The translations under genes and the position numbers were made by a program. Shown here one piece after another: positions 13,970 through 24,879 of a stretch of DNA of 58,543 nt. Location of the stretch: assembly GCA_007127335.1 (NCBI GenBank), contig SKZO01000263.1, positions 1 through 58,543 of the forward strand, given 5' to 3'. The first letter of the stretch is position 1, and each line of letters begins with the position of its first letter. The notes under the pieces were generated by a model that worked only from the letters and a program-made list of their open reading frames with translations, did not search any database and had not been told where the DNA came from. Origin of the DNA: Spirochaetales bacterium (GTDB lineage: Bacteria; Spirochaetota; Spirochaetia; DSM-27196; SLST01).

Positions 13970-14596
13970 ATGCTTGGGTTGATTGGAAAGAAAGTAGGCA
14001 TGACGCAGATCTTCAACGACTACGGAGAGCTCATGCCGGTCACCGTGATCAGGATAGAGCCGAATCTCGTCGTTGATCGACGTACCGTCGAGCGGAACGG
14101 GTACGATGCCGTCGTGCTTGGCGCCTCTGATGCCAAGCCGTCACGTCTGACTGCCCCGGTGCTCGGCCAGTACAAGAAGAATGATCTGACGCCGAAGCGG
14201 CGCATGGTAGAGATGAGGGATTTTGATCGTGAGTGCGCGATCGGAGACACGCTCGGCGTGGAGGTCTTCGAGAATTCCGTCTTCGTCGATGTCACGGGGA
14301 CTTCGAAGGGGAAGGGCTACCAGGGCGTGATGAAGCGTCATGGTTTCGGCGGCGGACGCAAGACGCACGGCAGCAAGTTCCACCGCGCAGGCGGTTCGAC
14401 TGGTATGGCCGCCTGGCCGTCAAAGGTTCAGAAGGGCACGAAGATGGCCGGCCGCATGGGCGGGGTACAGCGGACTGCTCAGAACCTTCGGATCGTGAGT
14501 ATCGACGCGGAGCGGCAGATGTTGCTCGTGAACGGGGCTATCCCCGGGGCGCGTGACGGTTACGTGATCGTTCAGACCGCCAGGAAGAAGGGTTAG
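13970..14596 (+). CDS. rplC: 50S ribosomal protein L3
   Basis: [25 protein letters not shown]. Confidence 0.98.
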   Translation: MLGLIGKKVGMTQIFNDYGELMPVTVIRIEPNLVVDRRTVERNGYDAVVLGASDAKPSRLTAPVLGQYKKNDLTPKRRMVEMRDFDRECAIGDTLGVEVFENSVFVDVTGTSKGKGYQGVMKRHGFGGGRKTHGSKFHRAGGSTGMAAWPSKVQKGTKMAGRMGGVQRTAQNLRIVSIDAERQMLLVNGAIPGARDGYVIVQTARKKG

Positions 14597-14599
14597 AAG

Positions 14600-15229
14600 A
14601 TGGACATGAAAGTCCTGTCGATAACGGGTGAGGAGCTGCGCTCGATCACGCTCGCGGACAAGGTGTTTGGGCGACCGGTTTCGGACGGCGTCATTTACCA
14701 CGCGATCCGTAACGAGCTGGCGAATGCTCGAGTCGGTACAGCAAAGACGAAGACGCGCAGCGAAGTTGCCGGAAGCCATCGCAAGCCATGGAGACAGAAA
14801 GGAACCGGACGCGCGCGTGCCGGTACATATCAGAGTCCGGTGCGTGTTGGTGGTGGTGTGGCGTTTGGACCGCAGCCGCGCGACTACTCGTACCGAATGC
14901 CGAAGAAGATGAAGCGTGCCGCGATGATGTCGCTGCTGAGTCAGAAGGTCAGTGAAGACCGGCTCGTCGTGGTCGAAGACTTCACAGTCGAGGACGGCAA
15001 GACCAGGAGGTTGGCTGAGATCATCCGTGGTCTCACGTCGCAGGAGCGAACGGTGCTCATCCTTGGCGACGACGATGCCCTGATCAAGCGGGCCGGTCGG
15101 AATATCCCCTGGCTCAGCTACCTGTCGTACAATCGATTGAGGGCTCACGATCTGTTCTATGGCCAGCGAATCGTCCTGACCGAAACCGCGGCGCAGAAGC
15201 TGAACGACTTCTACGGCAGTGAGGAGTGA
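14600..15229 (+). CDS. rplD: 50S ribosomal protein L4
   Basis: TKTRSEV, KPWRQKGTGRARAG, GGGVAFGPQPR. Confidence 0.98.
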   Translation: MDMKVLSITGEELRSITLADKVFGRPVSDGVIYHAIRNELANARVGTAKTKTRSEVAGSHRKPWRQKGTGRARAGTYQSPVRVGGGVAFGPQPRDYSYRMPKKMKRAAMMSLLSQKVSEDRLVVVEDFTVEDGKTRRLAEIIRGLTSQERTVLILGDDDALIKRAGRNIPWLSYLSYNRLRAHDLFYGQRIVLTETAAQKLNDFYGSEE

Positions 15230-15231
15230 GT

Positions 15232-15516
15232 ATGGACGCTGATCGGGTGATCATTGAGCCGCTGCTGACGGAAAAGACAAATCGGATGAGAGAGTCGCAC
15301 ACCTATGCCTTCCGCGTGGATCCGCGGGCGAACAAGCTCGAGGTGAAGAACGCTCTCGAACAGATGTTCGACGTGCATCCCCTTGCGTGCCGCATCGTCA
15401 ATGTCAAAGGGAAGCCAAAGAGAGTTCGCTATCGGAAGGGGTATACGTCGGCCTGGAAGAAAGCGATCGTGACGCTCCCGCCGGGGGAGACGATCAGCAT
15501 CTTCGAGGGAGCCTGA
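15232..15516 (+). CDS. rplW: 50S ribosomal protein L23
   Basis: [22 protein letters not shown]; ATG 15232 follows GAGGAG. Confidence 0.97.
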   Translation: MDADRVIIEPLLTEKTNRMRESHTYAFRVDPRANKLEVKNALEQMFDVHPLACRIVNVKGKPKRVRYRKGYTSAWKKAIVTLPPGETISIFEGA

Positions 15517-15517
15517 T

Positions 15518-16342
15518 ATGGGATTGAAGGAATATAACCCAAAGACGCCGGGGCTGCGCTATCGTACAACGCTGGACTTCAGCGATCTGGACAAGCAGGA
15601 CTCCCAGAAGCCGTTGACAAAGGGTTCGGGTTTTTCCGCCGGGCGGGATTCTGCCGGACGGATCAGTGTGCGGCGGAAAGGGGGTCGACACAAGCGGCTC
15701 TATCGCACGGTTGACTTCCGGCGCGACAAGATGAACGTTCCGGGCAGGATCGACTCGATTGAGTACGACCCGAACCGTAGCGCCAACATCGCGCTTGTTG
15801 TCTATGCTGACGGCGAGAAGCGGTACATACTCGCGCCGCGTGGGTTGCGTCGCGGGATGACTGTTCTCGCGGCCGACAATGCGCCGCCCACGGTCGGGAA
15901 TTCTCTACCGCTCGAAGGCGTCCCTCTGGGGACAACGGTGCACAACGTAGAGTTGCAGTTCGGGCGCGGCGGCCAGTTGGCACGTTCCGCGGGCACCGGT
16001 GCCGTCGTTGTTGCTCGCGATAAGGACTATGTGACGCTGAAACTTCCGTCGGGTGAGATGCGGATGGTGTTTCGGCGGTGTCGGGCGACGATCGGTGCCG
16101 TCGGTAACGAAGACCACATGAACGTGAGCCTTGGGAAGGCCGGCCGGGCTCGGCACCTGGGTCGTCGGCCAAAGGTCCGGGGTGTTGTCATGAACCCCGT
16201 TGACCATCCGCATGGCGGCGGCGAGGGCCGCACTTCCGGCGGTCGACATCCGGTGAGTCCCTGGGGCCAGCAGGCGAAAGGCTACAAGACGCGGAAGAAG
16301 CGGAAGAAGTCGAGCAAGTTCATCGTCAAGCGACGGAAATAG
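15518..16342 (+). CDS. rplB: 50S ribosomal protein L2
   Basis: [30 protein letters not shown]. Confidence 0.99.
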   Translation: MGLKEYNPKTPGLRYRTTLDFSDLDKQDSQKPLTKGSGFSAGRDSAGRISVRRKGGRHKRLYRTVDFRRDKMNVPGRIDSIEYDPNRSANIALVVYADGEKRYILAPRGLRRGMTVLAADNAPPTVGNSLPLEGVPLGTTVHNVELQFGRGGQLARSAGTGAVVVARDKDYVTLKLPSGEMRMVFRRCRATIGAVGNEDHMNVSLGKAGRARHLGRRPKVRGVVMNPVDHPHGGGEGRTSGGRHPVSPWGQQAKGYKTRKKRKKSSKFIVKRRK

Positions 16343-16351
16343 GAGCGCGGC

Positions 16352-16630
16352 GTGTCACGATCAGTGAAGAAAGGTCCGTTCATAGAGAAGAGTCTCTATT
16401 CGCGGGTGGTTGATATGAGCAAGAGCGGGCAGAAGAAGATGATCAAGACGTACTCGCGAACGAGCACGATCATCCCGGAGATGGTTGGACTGACCATCAG
16501 CGTGTACAACGGGAAGACATGGGTCCCGGTATATGTCACCGAGAATCTCGTCGGACATAAGCTTGGTGAGTTCGCACCGACGCGGCTGTTTCGTGGGCAT
16601 GCGGGTAGCGACCGAAAGGCGAGGAGGTAG
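16352..16630 (+). CDS. rpsS: 30S ribosomal protein S19
   Basis: [19 protein letters not shown]. Confidence 0.98.
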   Translation: MSRSVKKGPFIEKSLYSRVVDMSKSGQKKMIKTYSRTSTIIPEMVGLTISVYNGKTWVPVYVTENLVGHKLGEFAPTRLFRGHAGSDRKARR

Positions 16631-16632
16631 CG

Positions 16633-16995
16633 ATGGCGAGCTCGACCGGGTATCGTGCGGTTGCGCGATATCTGCTTGTTTCACCGTTCAAGGTCAGGCC
16701 TGTTGCGGACGCGGTGCGTCGACGACCCTACTCGGAAGCGGTCGCGATCCTCGATCATCTTCCTCAGAAGGGAGCCGGTTTGATCAGGAAGGTTCTGAAA
16801 TCGGCTGCAGCGAATGCGCTGGTTCAGAACAAGGAACTGGACGAGGACATGCTCTATGTGAAGGAGCTTCGGGTCGATGAGGGCCCGCGACTGAGACGGG
16901 TGTGGTTTCGGGCCCGTGGACGGGCGGATCTGCTGCACAAGCGAATGAGCCACATCACGGCGGTGGTCGACGAGATAGGGCGATCGGGGGACTAG
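16633..16995 (+). CDS. rplV: 50S ribosomal protein L22
   Basis: SPFKVR, VLKSAAANA, RARGRA...SHIT. Confidence 0.98.
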   Translation: MASSTGYRAVARYLLVSPFKVRPVADAVRRRPYSEAVAILDHLPQKGAGLIRKVLKSAAANALVQNKELDEDMLYVKELRVDEGPRLRRVWFRARGRADLLHKRMSHITAVVDEIGRSGD

Positions 16996-17709
16996 ATGGG
17001 ACAGAAGGTAAATCCGTACGGGATGCGTCTCGGCATCAACAAGGGATGGAGATCAAAGTGGTACGTGGACCCTCGGGAGTACGCGAATACATTACACGAA
17101 GATCTCAAGCTGCGACGTATCCTGGAAGAACTGCCGGAGACACGCAATGCCGAGATTGCGGAGGTCGAGATCATCCGGCACCCGCAACGGATCACGTTGA
17201 TGATTCAGACGTCGCGGCCGGGCGTTATCATAGGAACCAAGGGATCCAATATTGAGAAGATCGGTGCTGCTCTGCAGAAGGCTGCCGGAAAGAAGATCCA
17301 GATCAAGATCAAGGAGATCAAGCGACCGGAGACGAATGCACAGATCGTGGCGCTGAACGTCGCGCGGCAGCTTCGCACACGCAGCTCGTTCCGTCGGACC
17401 CTCAAAATGGCGATCAGCAGCGCGATCAAGGCCGGAGTTCCCGGCATCAAGATTCGGATAGGCGGGCGGCTCGGTGGCGCAGAGATGTCCCGGGTGGAGA
17501 CGCAGAAGTCCGGGCGGATCCCGCTACATACGTTGCGTGCGGACATCGACTACGGTTTCGCCACGGCGAACACGACCTTCGGGTCGATAGGCGTGAAGGT
17601 CTGGATATTCAACGGCGAGGTCCTCCGGAAGGATACCAAGGAAGATGCCGGTCTTCTGGTGCGCAAGGGTCGCGATACCCGTGAACGCGCCGGGGCAAGG
17701 AGCGAGTAA
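16996..17709 (+). CDS. rpsC: 30S ribosomal protein S3
   Basis: [34 protein letters not shown]. Confidence 0.99.
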   Translation: MGQKVNPYGMRLGINKGWRSKWYVDPREYANTLHEDLKLRRILEELPETRNAEIAEVEIIRHPQRITLMIQTSRPGVIIGTKGSNIEKIGAALQKAAGKKIQIKIKEIKRPETNAQIVALNVARQLRTRSSFRRTLKMAISSAIKAGVPGIKIRIGGRLGGAEMSRVETQKSGRIPLHTLRADIDYGFATANTTFGSIGVKVWIFNGEVLRKDTKEDAGLLVRKGRDTRERAGARSE

Positions 17710-18140
17710 TGCTGAGCCCGAAACGAACGAGATATCGGAAGAAGCAGAGACGGGTAAAGCGCACGATGCTCGGTGCGGCTACTCGGGGCAACGAACTGTC
17801 TTTTGGAGATCACGGGCTGGTGTCGATGGACAGCGGCTGGATAACCAATCGTCAGATCGAAGCGGCTCGTATTGCGATGACCAGGCACATGAAGCGAGGC
17901 GGCAAGGTGTGGATCCGGATCTTTCCGGACATCCCCTATACGAAGAAGCCCGCCGAAACGCGGATGGGGAAGGGGAAAGGTGCCCCTGAGCACTGGGTTG
18001 CCGCCGTGCAGCCCGGCACCGTGATGTTTGAGATCGCGGGCGTGGATTCCGGACTCGCCGACTCTGCGATGAAGCTGGCGTCCAGCAAGCTGCCCATCAA
18101 GACCAAGTTCGTGTCACGCAGGGGGCTCGTCGATGCGTAA
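17709..18140 (+). CDS. rplP: 50S ribosomal protein L16
   Basis: [26 protein letters not shown]. Confidence 0.99.
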   Translation: MLSPKRTRYRKKQRRVKRTMLGAATRGNELSFGDHGLVSMDSGWITNRQIEAARIAMTRHMKRGGKVWIRIFPDIPYTKKPAETRMGKGKGAPEHWVAAVQPGTVMFEIAGVDSGLADSAMKLASSKLPIKTKFVSRRGLVDA

Positions 18141-18339
18141 TTCTTTCAAGGAACTGACGTTCGAGGAGCTCCTTCAGCGTCGCGAGGAGCTGAAGAAGCG
18201 GTATCGCGAGTTACGGTTCAACATGGTGGTCGGACATGTGGATAATCCGCTCGAGAAGCGGACGCTCCGGCGGCAGATCGCTCGTCTCAACATGCTCATT
18301 TACAACCACGCTGACGTCGCCGAGATGGCGGAGGAGTGA
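18133..18339 (+). CDS. rpmC: 50S ribosomal protein L29
   Basis: ELRFN...LRRQIARL; position between rplP and rpsQ. Confidence 0.95.
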   Translation: MRNSFKELTFEELLQRREELKKRYRELRFNMVVGHVDNPLEKRTLRRQIARLNMLIYNHADVAEMAEE

Positions 18340-18626
18340 TGATGGCTGATAGCGATAACACGAGCAGGGTTGCGCCCACGAAGACCAGGCTCGTCTACCA
18401 GGGGCGCGTGGTCAGCGACAAGATGGACAAGACGATCGTGGTCGAAGTCACGAACCGTACGGTCCACAGGTTGTACAAGAAGTATGTGACATTGAGCAAG
18501 CGACTGAAGGCTCACGACGAACAGAATGAAGCACACGTCGGCGACACCGTGCGGATCGTGTCGGCGCGTCCGATCAGCAAAGAGAAACGATGGCGGCTGC
18601 TCGAGATCGTCGAGCGGGCTCGCTAA
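18339..18626 (+). CDS. rpsQ: 30S ribosomal protein S17
   Basis: [27 protein letters not shown]. Start is at 18339 or 18342. Confidence 0.97.
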   Translation: MMADSDNTSRVAPTKTRLVYQGRVVSDKMDKTIVVEVTNRTVHRLYKKYVTLSKRLKAHDEQNEAHVGDTVRIVSARPISKEKRWRLLEIVERAR

Positions 18627-18638
18627 GAGGGTAGCGCA

Positions 18639-19007
18639 ATGATTCAGATGAACACGTTCTTGAACGTTGCGGACAACAGCGGTGCGAAGCGGGTCCAGTG
18701 CATCAAGGTGCTCGGAGGATCCAAGCGGAAGTACGCGGGGGTCGGTGACATTGTTGTTGTTGCTGTGAAGGACGCCCTGCCAGGCGCTCCGGTCAAGAAG
18801 GGCAATGTTGAGCGAGCGGTGATAGTGCGTACTCGTAAGGAGTACAAGCGACTTGACGGAACCTACATCCGCTTCGACGATAACGCATGCGTAATCGTGG
18901 ATGCCGCGGAGAACCCGAAGGGGAAGCGGATTTTCGGGCCGGTCGCTCGGGAGTTGCGAGACGGAGACTTCATGAAGATTGTTTCGCTCGCGCCTGAGGT
19001 ATTGTAG
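18639..19007 (+). CDS. rplN: 50S ribosomal protein L14
   Basis: MIQ...[21 protein letters not shown]. Confidence 0.99.
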   Translation: MIQMNTFLNVADNSGAKRVQCIKVLGGSKRKYAGVGDIVVVAVKDALPGAPVKKGNVERAVIVRTRKEYKRLDGTYIRFDDNACVIVDAAENPKGKRIFGPVARELRDGDFMKIVSLAPEVL

Positions 19008-19019
19008 AGGAGCTTGGTC

Positions 19020-19331
19020 ATGGCGAAGTATCGGATTAGAAAAGATGATCAGGTGAAGGTCATTGCCGGGAAGGACAAGGGAAAGGTAGGGCGCGTCCTG
19101 CGTGTAGATCGGGATGCCGGCCGAGTCCTCGTCGAGGGCGTGAACCTTGCCAGGAAGGCTATGAGGAAGAAGCGGCAGGAAGACCGGGGTGGAATCATGG
19201 ACATTGAAATGCCCATACATATCTCCAACGTCATGCTCATGACCAGGAGCGGGGAGACAACCAGACTCGGGGCCAGAATCGAAAGAGACGCAAAGACGCG
19301 CATCGCTCGGAAGAGCGGTGAGGCGGTATAG
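19020..19331 (+). CDS. rplX: 50S ribosomal protein L24
   Basis: KOW motif [23 protein letters not shown]. Confidence 0.98.
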   Translation: MAKYRIRKDDQVKVIAGKDKGKVGRVLRVDRDAGRVLVEGVNLARKAMRKKRQEDRGGIMDIEMPIHISNVMLMTRSGETTRLGARIERDAKTRIARKSGEAV

Positions 19332-19342
19332 GTGAAGGTCTG

Positions 19343-19900
19343 ATGGCAGATACGAAGTACGTACCGGAACTGAGGCGGATGTACCGCGACCAGGTCGCGA
19401 CGGAGCTCATGGAAGAGTTCGGGTATAAGACACCCATGCAGCTTCCAAGGCTCGAGAAGATTGTGCTGAGTATGGGTGTTGGAGAGGCGATTCAGAACAA
19501 GAAGCTTCTCGACTCCGCTGTGACGGAGCTCGGCATGATCGCGGGCCAACGAGCAGTCAAGACGAAAGCTCGGAAGTCTGTCGCGAACTTCAAGGTCCGT
19601 CAGGGAATGGAGATCGGCGCGCGTGTGACGTTACGGGGAACCAGAATGTGGGACTTCCTGTACCGGCTCGTGAATGTGGCGCTTCCGCGCGTAAAGGACT
19701 TTCGTGGGGTGAATCCCAACTCGTTCGACGGTCATGGAAACTACGCGCTGGGTGTTACGGAGCAGATCATCTTTCCTGAGATCGACTATGACAAGATCGA
19801 GCGAGTCAGCGGTCTGAACATTGCGATCTGTACGACCGCAACGACCGACCAGGAAGCGAAGCGGCTGCTCGACAAGCTCGGTATGCCGTTCAGGAAGTAG
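19343..19900 (+). CDS. rplE: 50S ribosomal protein L5
   Basis: [31 protein letters not shown]. Confidence 0.99.
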   Translation: MADTKYVPELRRMYRDQVATELMEEFGYKTPMQLPRLEKIVLSMGVGEAIQNKKLLDSAVTELGMIAGQRAVKTKARKSVANFKVRQGMEIGARVTLRGTRMWDFLYRLVNVALPRVKDFRGVNPNSFDGHGNYALGVTEQIIFPEIDYDKIERVSGLNIAICTTATTDQEAKRLLDKLGMPFRK

Positions 19901-19915
19901 GAGGCGATTCAAGCG

Positions 19916-20101
19916 ATGGCCAAGAAGTCAATGATCATCAAGGCGCAGCGCCCGCCGAAGTACAGTACCCGGCTCGTTCGCCGGTGTAGAGTGTGCGGGC
20001 GACCTCGAGGATACATGCGTACGTTCCAGATGTGCCGTGTCTGCTTCAGGAAGTATGCCAGTGAGGGCATGATTCCGGGCGTGACGAAGTCGAGCTGGTA
20101 G
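19916..20101 (+). CDS. rpsN: 30S ribosomal protein S14, Zn-binding type
   Basis: 61 aa with CRVC...CRVC, ending GVTKSSW. Confidence 0.98.
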   Translation: MAKKSMIIKAQRPPKYSTRLVRRCRVCGRPRGYMRTFQMCRVCFRKYASEGMIPGVTKSSW

Positions 20102-20110
20102 GAGAGGTGT

Positions 20111-20509
20111 ATGAGCGTTTCTGATCCTGTAGCCGATATGCTGACGAAGATACGGAATGCCGCTCTCGCGAAGTTCGAGAAGGTCGACATTCCCACGTCG
20201 AAGTTGAAGCTTGAGATCGTCAAGATTTTGAAGAATGAAGGGTACATCAAGAATTTCAAGAAGGTCACGGAAGGCAACCTCACCGTGATCCGTATCTTCC
20301 TGAAATACGATGATGCTGGGAGCCCGATTATCAAAGGGCTGCAGAAGGTGTCGACGCCGGGGCGCCGGGTCTACACGGGGTACAAGAAGATGCCGCGTGT
20401 CTACAGCGGCTATGGCACGCTCATCGTGTCCACCTCCGAAGGAGTGACCACGGGGCGAAAGGCGCTCGAGCGGAAGGTTGGCGGCGAGCTGATCTGCTCG
20501 GTCTGGTAG
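20111..20509 (+). CDS. rpsH: 30S ribosomal protein S8
   Basis: [30 protein letters not shown]. Confidence 0.99.
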   Translation: MSVSDPVADMLTKIRNAALAKFEKVDIPTSKLKLEIVKILKNEGYIKNFKKVTEGNLTVIRIFLKYDDAGSPIIKGLQKVSTPGRRVYTGYKKMPRVYSGYGTLIVSTSEGVTTGRKALERKVGGELICSVW

Positions 20510-20518
20510 GAGAGAAGT

Positions 20519-21058
20519 ATGTCACGAATAGGAGTTCTGCCGATTCCCCTGCCGAAGGGCGTGACGGTAGACGTGCAACCTGAACAGGTTGCCGTGAAGG
20601 GGCCTCGCGGGGAACTGTCACAGAAGTACTCTCGTGACGTTTCGGTTGAAGTAAACGATGACCTTGTAGTCGTCCGGAGAAAGGACGAGTCGAAGGTGTC
20701 GAAAAGCATGCACGGTCTGTACCGCAATCTGATTCGCAACATGGTGATCGGGGTGTCTGATGGATTCACGAAGACCCTTGTCATCAACGGAGTTGGATAC
20801 CGCGCCGAAGTGCAGGGCAATGCGCTGGTCCTGAATCTGGGATACTCGAATCCGATTGAGTATCCGATCCCGGAAGAGGTGTCGATCAGCTGTGATGGTC
20901 CGACGAAGATCATCGTCAGCGGAAACGACAAGCAACGGGTAGGTCAGGTTGCGGCGGAGATCCGATCGGTGCGTCCACCAGAGCCCTATAAGGGTAAGGG
21001 CGTGCGGTACGAGGATGAGTATGTGCGTCGGAAGGTCGGCAAGGCCGGCGTGAAGTAG
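20519..21058 (+). CDS. rplF: 50S ribosomal protein L6
   Basis: MSRIG, GVGYRA, RPPEPYKGKGVRY. Confidence 0.99.
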   Translation: MSRIGVLPIPLPKGVTVDVQPEQVAVKGPRGELSQKYSRDVSVEVNDDLVVVRRKDESKVSKSMHGLYRNLIRNMVIGVSDGFTKTLVINGVGYRAEVQGNALVLNLGYSNPIEYPIPEEVSISCDGPTKIIVSGNDKQRVGQVAAEIRSVRPPEPYKGKGVRYEDEYVRRKVGKAGVK

Positions 21059-21067
21059 GGTGGAGCA

Positions 21068-21427
21068 ATGAAGCGACTGACAGAGAAGCGGACGAGACGG
21101 AAACGACGCAAGATGTCTATCCGGCGGAAGATCGTCGGAACGCCGGAGCGGCCGCGGCTTACGGTGTTCAAGAGTAACCGTCATCTCTATGCGCAGGTGA
21201 TCGACGACTCCGACGGAAAGACGTTGGTCGCGGTATCGAGCATGAGCGGAGACACGAGAGGCATCAAACCGACCGTTGCCGATGGCGCGAAACTCGGTGA
21301 AGCGATCGGGACCAGGATGAAAGAGCTGAAGATCTCTGAGGTGGTGTTCGACCGTAACGGCCATCTCTATCACGGAGTCATCAAGGCCGTTGCGGATGGC
21401 GCCAGGAAAGCCGGAATCACGTTGTAG
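21068..21427 (+). CDS. rplR: 50S ribosomal protein L18
   Basis: [31 protein letters not shown]. Confidence 0.98.
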   Translation: MKRLTEKRTRRKRRKMSIRRKIVGTPERPRLTVFKSNRHLYAQVIDDSDGKTLVAVSSMSGDTRGIKPTVADGAKLGEAIGTRMKELKISEVVFDRNGHLYHGVIKAVADGARKAGITL

Positions 21428-21436
21428 GAGGCGGTC

Positions 21437-21925
21437 GTGGACCAGGACAGAGAGTTTACCGAGAAGCTGATCAAGCTGAACCGCGTCGCCAAGGTCGTCA
21501 AGGGTGGGCGTCGATTCTCCTTTTCCGCTCTTATCGTCGTCGGCGACAAGAATGGCCGGGTTGGATACGGCTACGGGAAGGCCAATGACGTCGCCGAAGC
21601 GATCCGCAAAGGCGTTGAACGAGCCAAGAATCACATGGTGACGGTTCCCATGAAGCAGGCAACGATCCCCCACTGGATTCAGGGTGAGTTCAAGAGCGCG
21701 AAGGTGCTCATGAAGCCCGCGGCGCCCGGAACGGGTATCATCGCGGGAGGTCCGGTGCGCGCCGTCATGGAGGTCGCCGGGATCAACGATGTGCTGAGTA
21801 AGTCTCTTGGGAGCCAGAACGCCGTGAATATCGTCAAGGCGGTATTCGAGGGGCTCGAGGGCTTGATGGATGCGCGCACGGTAGCGCGCGGTCGCGGCAA
21901 GACGATCAAGGACATGTGGGGTTGA
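21437..21925 (+). CDS. rpsE: 30S ribosomal protein S5
   Basis: [34 protein letters not shown]. Confidence 0.99.
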   Translation: MDQDREFTEKLIKLNRVAKVVKGGRRFSFSALIVVGDKNGRVGYGYGKANDVAEAIRKGVERAKNHMVTVPMKQATIPHWIQGEFKSAKVLMKPAAPGTGIIAGGPVRAVMEVAGINDVLSKSLGSQNAVNIVKAVFEGLEGLMDARTVARGRGKTIKDMWG

Positions 21926-21927
21926 GT

Positions 21928-22110
21928 ATGGCACGGTTGCGAATCACGCTCGTGAAGAGTCCGATCGGCAGTCTGCCCAGGCATCGGAAGACGGTACGGG
22001 CGCTTGGGCTTCGCAAGATGCACCAGACGGTCGAGAAGAACGATGGGCCGGCGATCCGAGGCATGGTACACGCAGTGAACCACATGGTGCGGCTGGAGGA
22101 GATTGACTGA
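21928..22110 (+). CDS. rpmD: 50S ribosomal protein L30
   Basis: LRITLVKSPIG...TVRALGLRK. Confidence 0.96.
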   Translation: MARLRITLVKSPIGSLPRHRKTVRALGLRKMHQTVEKNDGPAIRGMVHAVNHMVRLEEID

Positions 22111-22634
22111 TGGCACTCTTGAGGCGTCCGGATGGGGCGCGGCGACAACGGAAGAGACTCGGTCGCGGGCCAGGCAGCGGTCACGGCACTACGGCAGGAA
22201 AGGGCACCAAGGGCCAGAACTCGCGCTCCGGAGGCGGTGTGCGTCCAGGGTTCGAAGGCGGGCAGATGCCTCTGTACCGGCGTATTGCCAGGCGGGGCTT
22301 CTCCAACTATCGGTACAAGATCGAGTATACGACGGTAAGCGTCGAGACGCTTGACAGCCGGTACGATGCCGGGGCCACCGTGAGTCTGGAAACGCTTCGT
22401 GAACACCGGCTAATTGGCGGCAACGACCGGTACGTGAAGGTACTCGGGGATGGCGAGGTTTCGAAGCAGCTCGTCGTGGTGGGGCTCAAGCTCTCAGCGT
22501 CGGCTCGGCGGAAGATAGAAGCCGCCGGCGGAAGCGTTCAGGAGCGGGTTCCGGCTGCTGCCGGAGCCGGGGACGACAGCGCGGGCGGTCCCGCAACCAC
22601 GGCCGCCGCGACCGACAACGAGGATGACGAATAG
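22110..22634 (+). CDS. rplO: 50S ribosomal protein L15 with acidic C-terminal extension
   Basis: RLGRGPGSGHG, GFEGGQMPLYRR, VKVLGDG, then a tail ending DNEDDE. Confidence 0.98.
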   Translation: MALLRRPDGARRQRKRLGRGPGSGHGTTAGKGTKGQNSRSGGGVRPGFEGGQMPLYRRIARRGFSNYRYKIEYTTVSVETLDSRYDAGATVSLETLREHRLIGGNDRYVKVLGDGEVSKQLVVVGLKLSASARRKIEAAGGSVQERVPAAAGAGDDSAGGPATTAAATDNEDDE

Positions 22635-22636
22635 GT

Positions 22637-23959
22637 ATGGCGAGTAATCCGCTGGCTGACATTTTCCGCATACGGGAGTTGCGCGACCGCATACTCTTCA
22701 CTGTGGGAATTCTCCTGATACATCGACTGGGGTCTCACCTGCCGATACCGGGTATCAACGTCAATGCGCTGCAGGCCTATTTCCTGACGCAGGCCGGGCA
22801 GAACGGACTCACGATCACCGATTATCTCGACTTCTTCTCCGGCGGGGCCTTCTCGCAGTTCTCGGTCTTCATGCTCGGGATAATGCCCTACATAAGCATG
22901 ACCATCATCATGCAGCTGCTACTCCTTGTGTTTCCCAAGCTGAAGAAGATCTCGCAGGAAGAGGGAGGGCGCAAGCGGATACAGCGCTACAACCGGTACG
23001 GTACGGTGCTCATCTGCCTGGTGCAGGGTTTCGCCGTGACGGTCTATGCAGACAGCATACCCAACGCGATCACCATGTCGAGAGGACTGTACACCTTTGT
23101 CTCCCTGCTGACGGTGACTACCGGAACGGTCTTCCTGATGTGGCTCGGTGAGCAGATCAACCAACGCGGAATAGGGAATGGAATTTCGCTGATCATCTTC
23201 ACCGGAATAGTGGCTCGCATGCCACGGGCCGTGTGGAGTCTCATCCAGGCGGTACAGCGCGATGAACTCAATCCGGTCTTCGTGATCGTCGTGCTCGGGA
23301 TGTTCGTCGGGGTCGTGGCGCTCGTAATCTACGAACAGCGCGGCCAGCGCAAGATCCCCGTGCATTACGCCAAGCGGGTCGTTGGGCGGAGGATGTACGG
23401 CGCGCAGAACACGTATGTTCCGTTCAAGATCAACCCTTCCGGCGTTATCCCGGTGATCTTTGCAAGCTCGATCATGGTGTTCCCGCTGCAGATTGCTGAG
23501 AGCCTGGGCCAGAACGTTCCCTGGTTGGCCAACTTTGCACGGTGGTTGCGGCCTGGTGGCGCGCCGTACCTGATTATCTACACCTTGATGATCATATTTT
23601 TCGCGTACTTCTACACACAGGTCACCCTCAACCCGGTGGAAATATCGAAGAACATCCGGGAGAACGGGGGATCTATTCCGGGGATCCGTCCGGAGAAGAT
23701 GGAGGAGTACTTCACTCGTATCCTGAATAGGATTATCTTGCCGGGGTCACTGTTCCTGGCCTTCATTGCGGTGATACCGACGATTCTTCAACAGCTCTTC
23801 GGGTTTCCGCAGGATGTTGCATTCCTGATGGGCGGCACATCGCTGCTGATCATGGTCGGTGTCGATCTTGATCTGATGTCTCAGATCGAGGGATCGCTGA
23901 GGATGCACCATCACGAGGGTCTGACCAAGCGAGGCCGGATCCGTTCCCGCAATTTGTAG
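22637..23959 (+). CDS. secY: Preprotein translocase subunit SecY
   Basis: LGIMPYIS, WLGEQI...GIGNGISLII, SGVIPVIFA, GGTSLLIMVGV. Confidence 0.99.
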   Translation: MASNPLADIFRIRELRDRILFTVGILLIHRLGSHLPIPGINVNALQAYFLTQAGQNGLTITDYLDFFSGGAFSQFSVFMLGIMPYISMTIIMQLLLLVFPKLKKISQEEGGRKRIQRYNRYGTVLICLVQGFAVTVYADSIPNAITMSRGLYTFVSLLTVTTGTVFLMWLGEQINQRGIGNGISLIIFTGIVARMPRAVWSLIQAVQRDELNPVFVIVVLGMFVGVVALVIYEQRGQRKIPVHYAKRVVGRRMYGAQNTYVPFKINPSGVIPVIFASSIMVFPLQIAESLGQNVPWLANFARWLRPGGAPYLIIYTLMIIFFAYFYTQVTLNPVEISKNIRENGGSIPGIRPEKMEEYFTRILNRIILPGSLFLAFIAVIPTILQQLFGFPQDVAFLMGGTSLLIMVGVDLDLMSQIEGSLRMHHHEGLTKRGRIRSRNL

Positions 23960-23969
23960 GAGTTGACGT

Positions 23970-24083
23970 ATGAAAGTTCGAGTGAGCGTCAGGCCGATGT
24001 GCGACAAGTGTCAGGTTATTCGGCGGCGTGGGGTTGTCCGCATCATATGCAGCAACCCGAAGCACAAACAGCGACAGCGATAA
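23970..24083 (+). CDS. rpmJ: 50S ribosomal protein L36 (missed by the ORF track)
   Basis: [37 protein letters not shown], 37 aa, with C-C-C-H Zn ligands. Confidence 0.97.
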   Translation: MKVRVSVRPMCDKCQVIRRRGVVRIICSNPKHKQRQR

Positions 24084-24098
24084 GAGAAGGAGTGCGAT

Positions 24099-24470
24099 GT
24101 GGCTCGTATAGCTGGAATTGACCTGCCGAACAAGCCGGTGGCGATTGCCTTGACGTACATCTTTGGCATTGGCCGCTCGAGCGCAGAAGCGATCTGCGAC
24201 AAGACCGGTGTGCCCAAAGGCGCACGGATGAATGAGATCAGTGCAGAAGACGTCAACAAGCTGCGCAATGTGATCGAGAACGACTACAAGGTGGAGGGGC
24301 GTCTGCGGACCGAGTCTTCGCTGAACGTAAAGCGATTGATGGACATTGGATGCTATCGTGGCCTGCGGCACCGCCGAGGGCTTCCCGTGCGTGGGCAGCG
24401 TACGAGGACGAACGCGCGTACCCGAAAGGGTCGAAAGAAGACCGTCGCCGGGAAGAAGAAGGCCGTCTAA
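24099..24470 (+). CDS. rpsM: 30S ribosomal protein S13
   Basis: [28 protein letters not shown]. Confidence 0.99.
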   Translation: MARIAGIDLPNKPVAIALTYIFGIGRSSAEAICDKTGVPKGARMNEISAEDVNKLRNVIENDYKVEGRLRTESSLNVKRLMDIGCYRGLRHRRGLPVRGQRTRTNARTRKGRKKTVAGKKKAV

Positions 24471-24480
24471 GGAGTAGGCA

Positions 24481-24864
24481 ATGGCGAAGACAACACGGAA
24501 GAAGAAGGAAAAGCGGTCAGTATTTGAGGGGAATGTCTATATCCAGGCGACCTTCAACAACACTATAGTTACGATCACCGACCTGACCGGGAACGGAATA
24601 TCGTGGGCGAGTGCCGGATCGCTCGGATTTCGCGGTGCGAAGAAGTCGACGCCATACGCTGCTCAGACGACGGCGGAGACCGCTGCCAAGAAGGCGATAG
24701 ACCTTGGGCTTCACGAAGTTCACGTGTACGTGAAAGGGCCTGGTGTGGGCCGTGAGTCGGCAATTCGAAGCTTGGGGAATCTCGGGCTCTGGGTCAAAAG
24801 TATCCGCGATGTAACACCGATTCCTCACAACGGATGCCGCCCGCGCAAGAGTCGCCGCGTCTGA
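24481..24864 (+). CDS. rpsK: 30S ribosomal protein S11
   Basis: [30 protein letters not shown]. Confidence 0.99.
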   Translation: MAKTTRKKKEKRSVFEGNVYIQATFNNTIVTITDLTGNGISWASAGSLGFRGAKKSTPYAAQTTAETAAKKAIDLGLHEVHVYVKGPGVGRESAIRSLGNLGLWVKSIRDVTPIPHNGCRPRKSRRV

Positions 24865-24879
24865 TCTGAAGGAGTATCT

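Noticed and set aside
22130-22145. GG-N10-GC matches near the rplO 5' end and at 12213-12228
   Set aside because: They lack the TTGC element and suitable context; expected by chance at this GC content.
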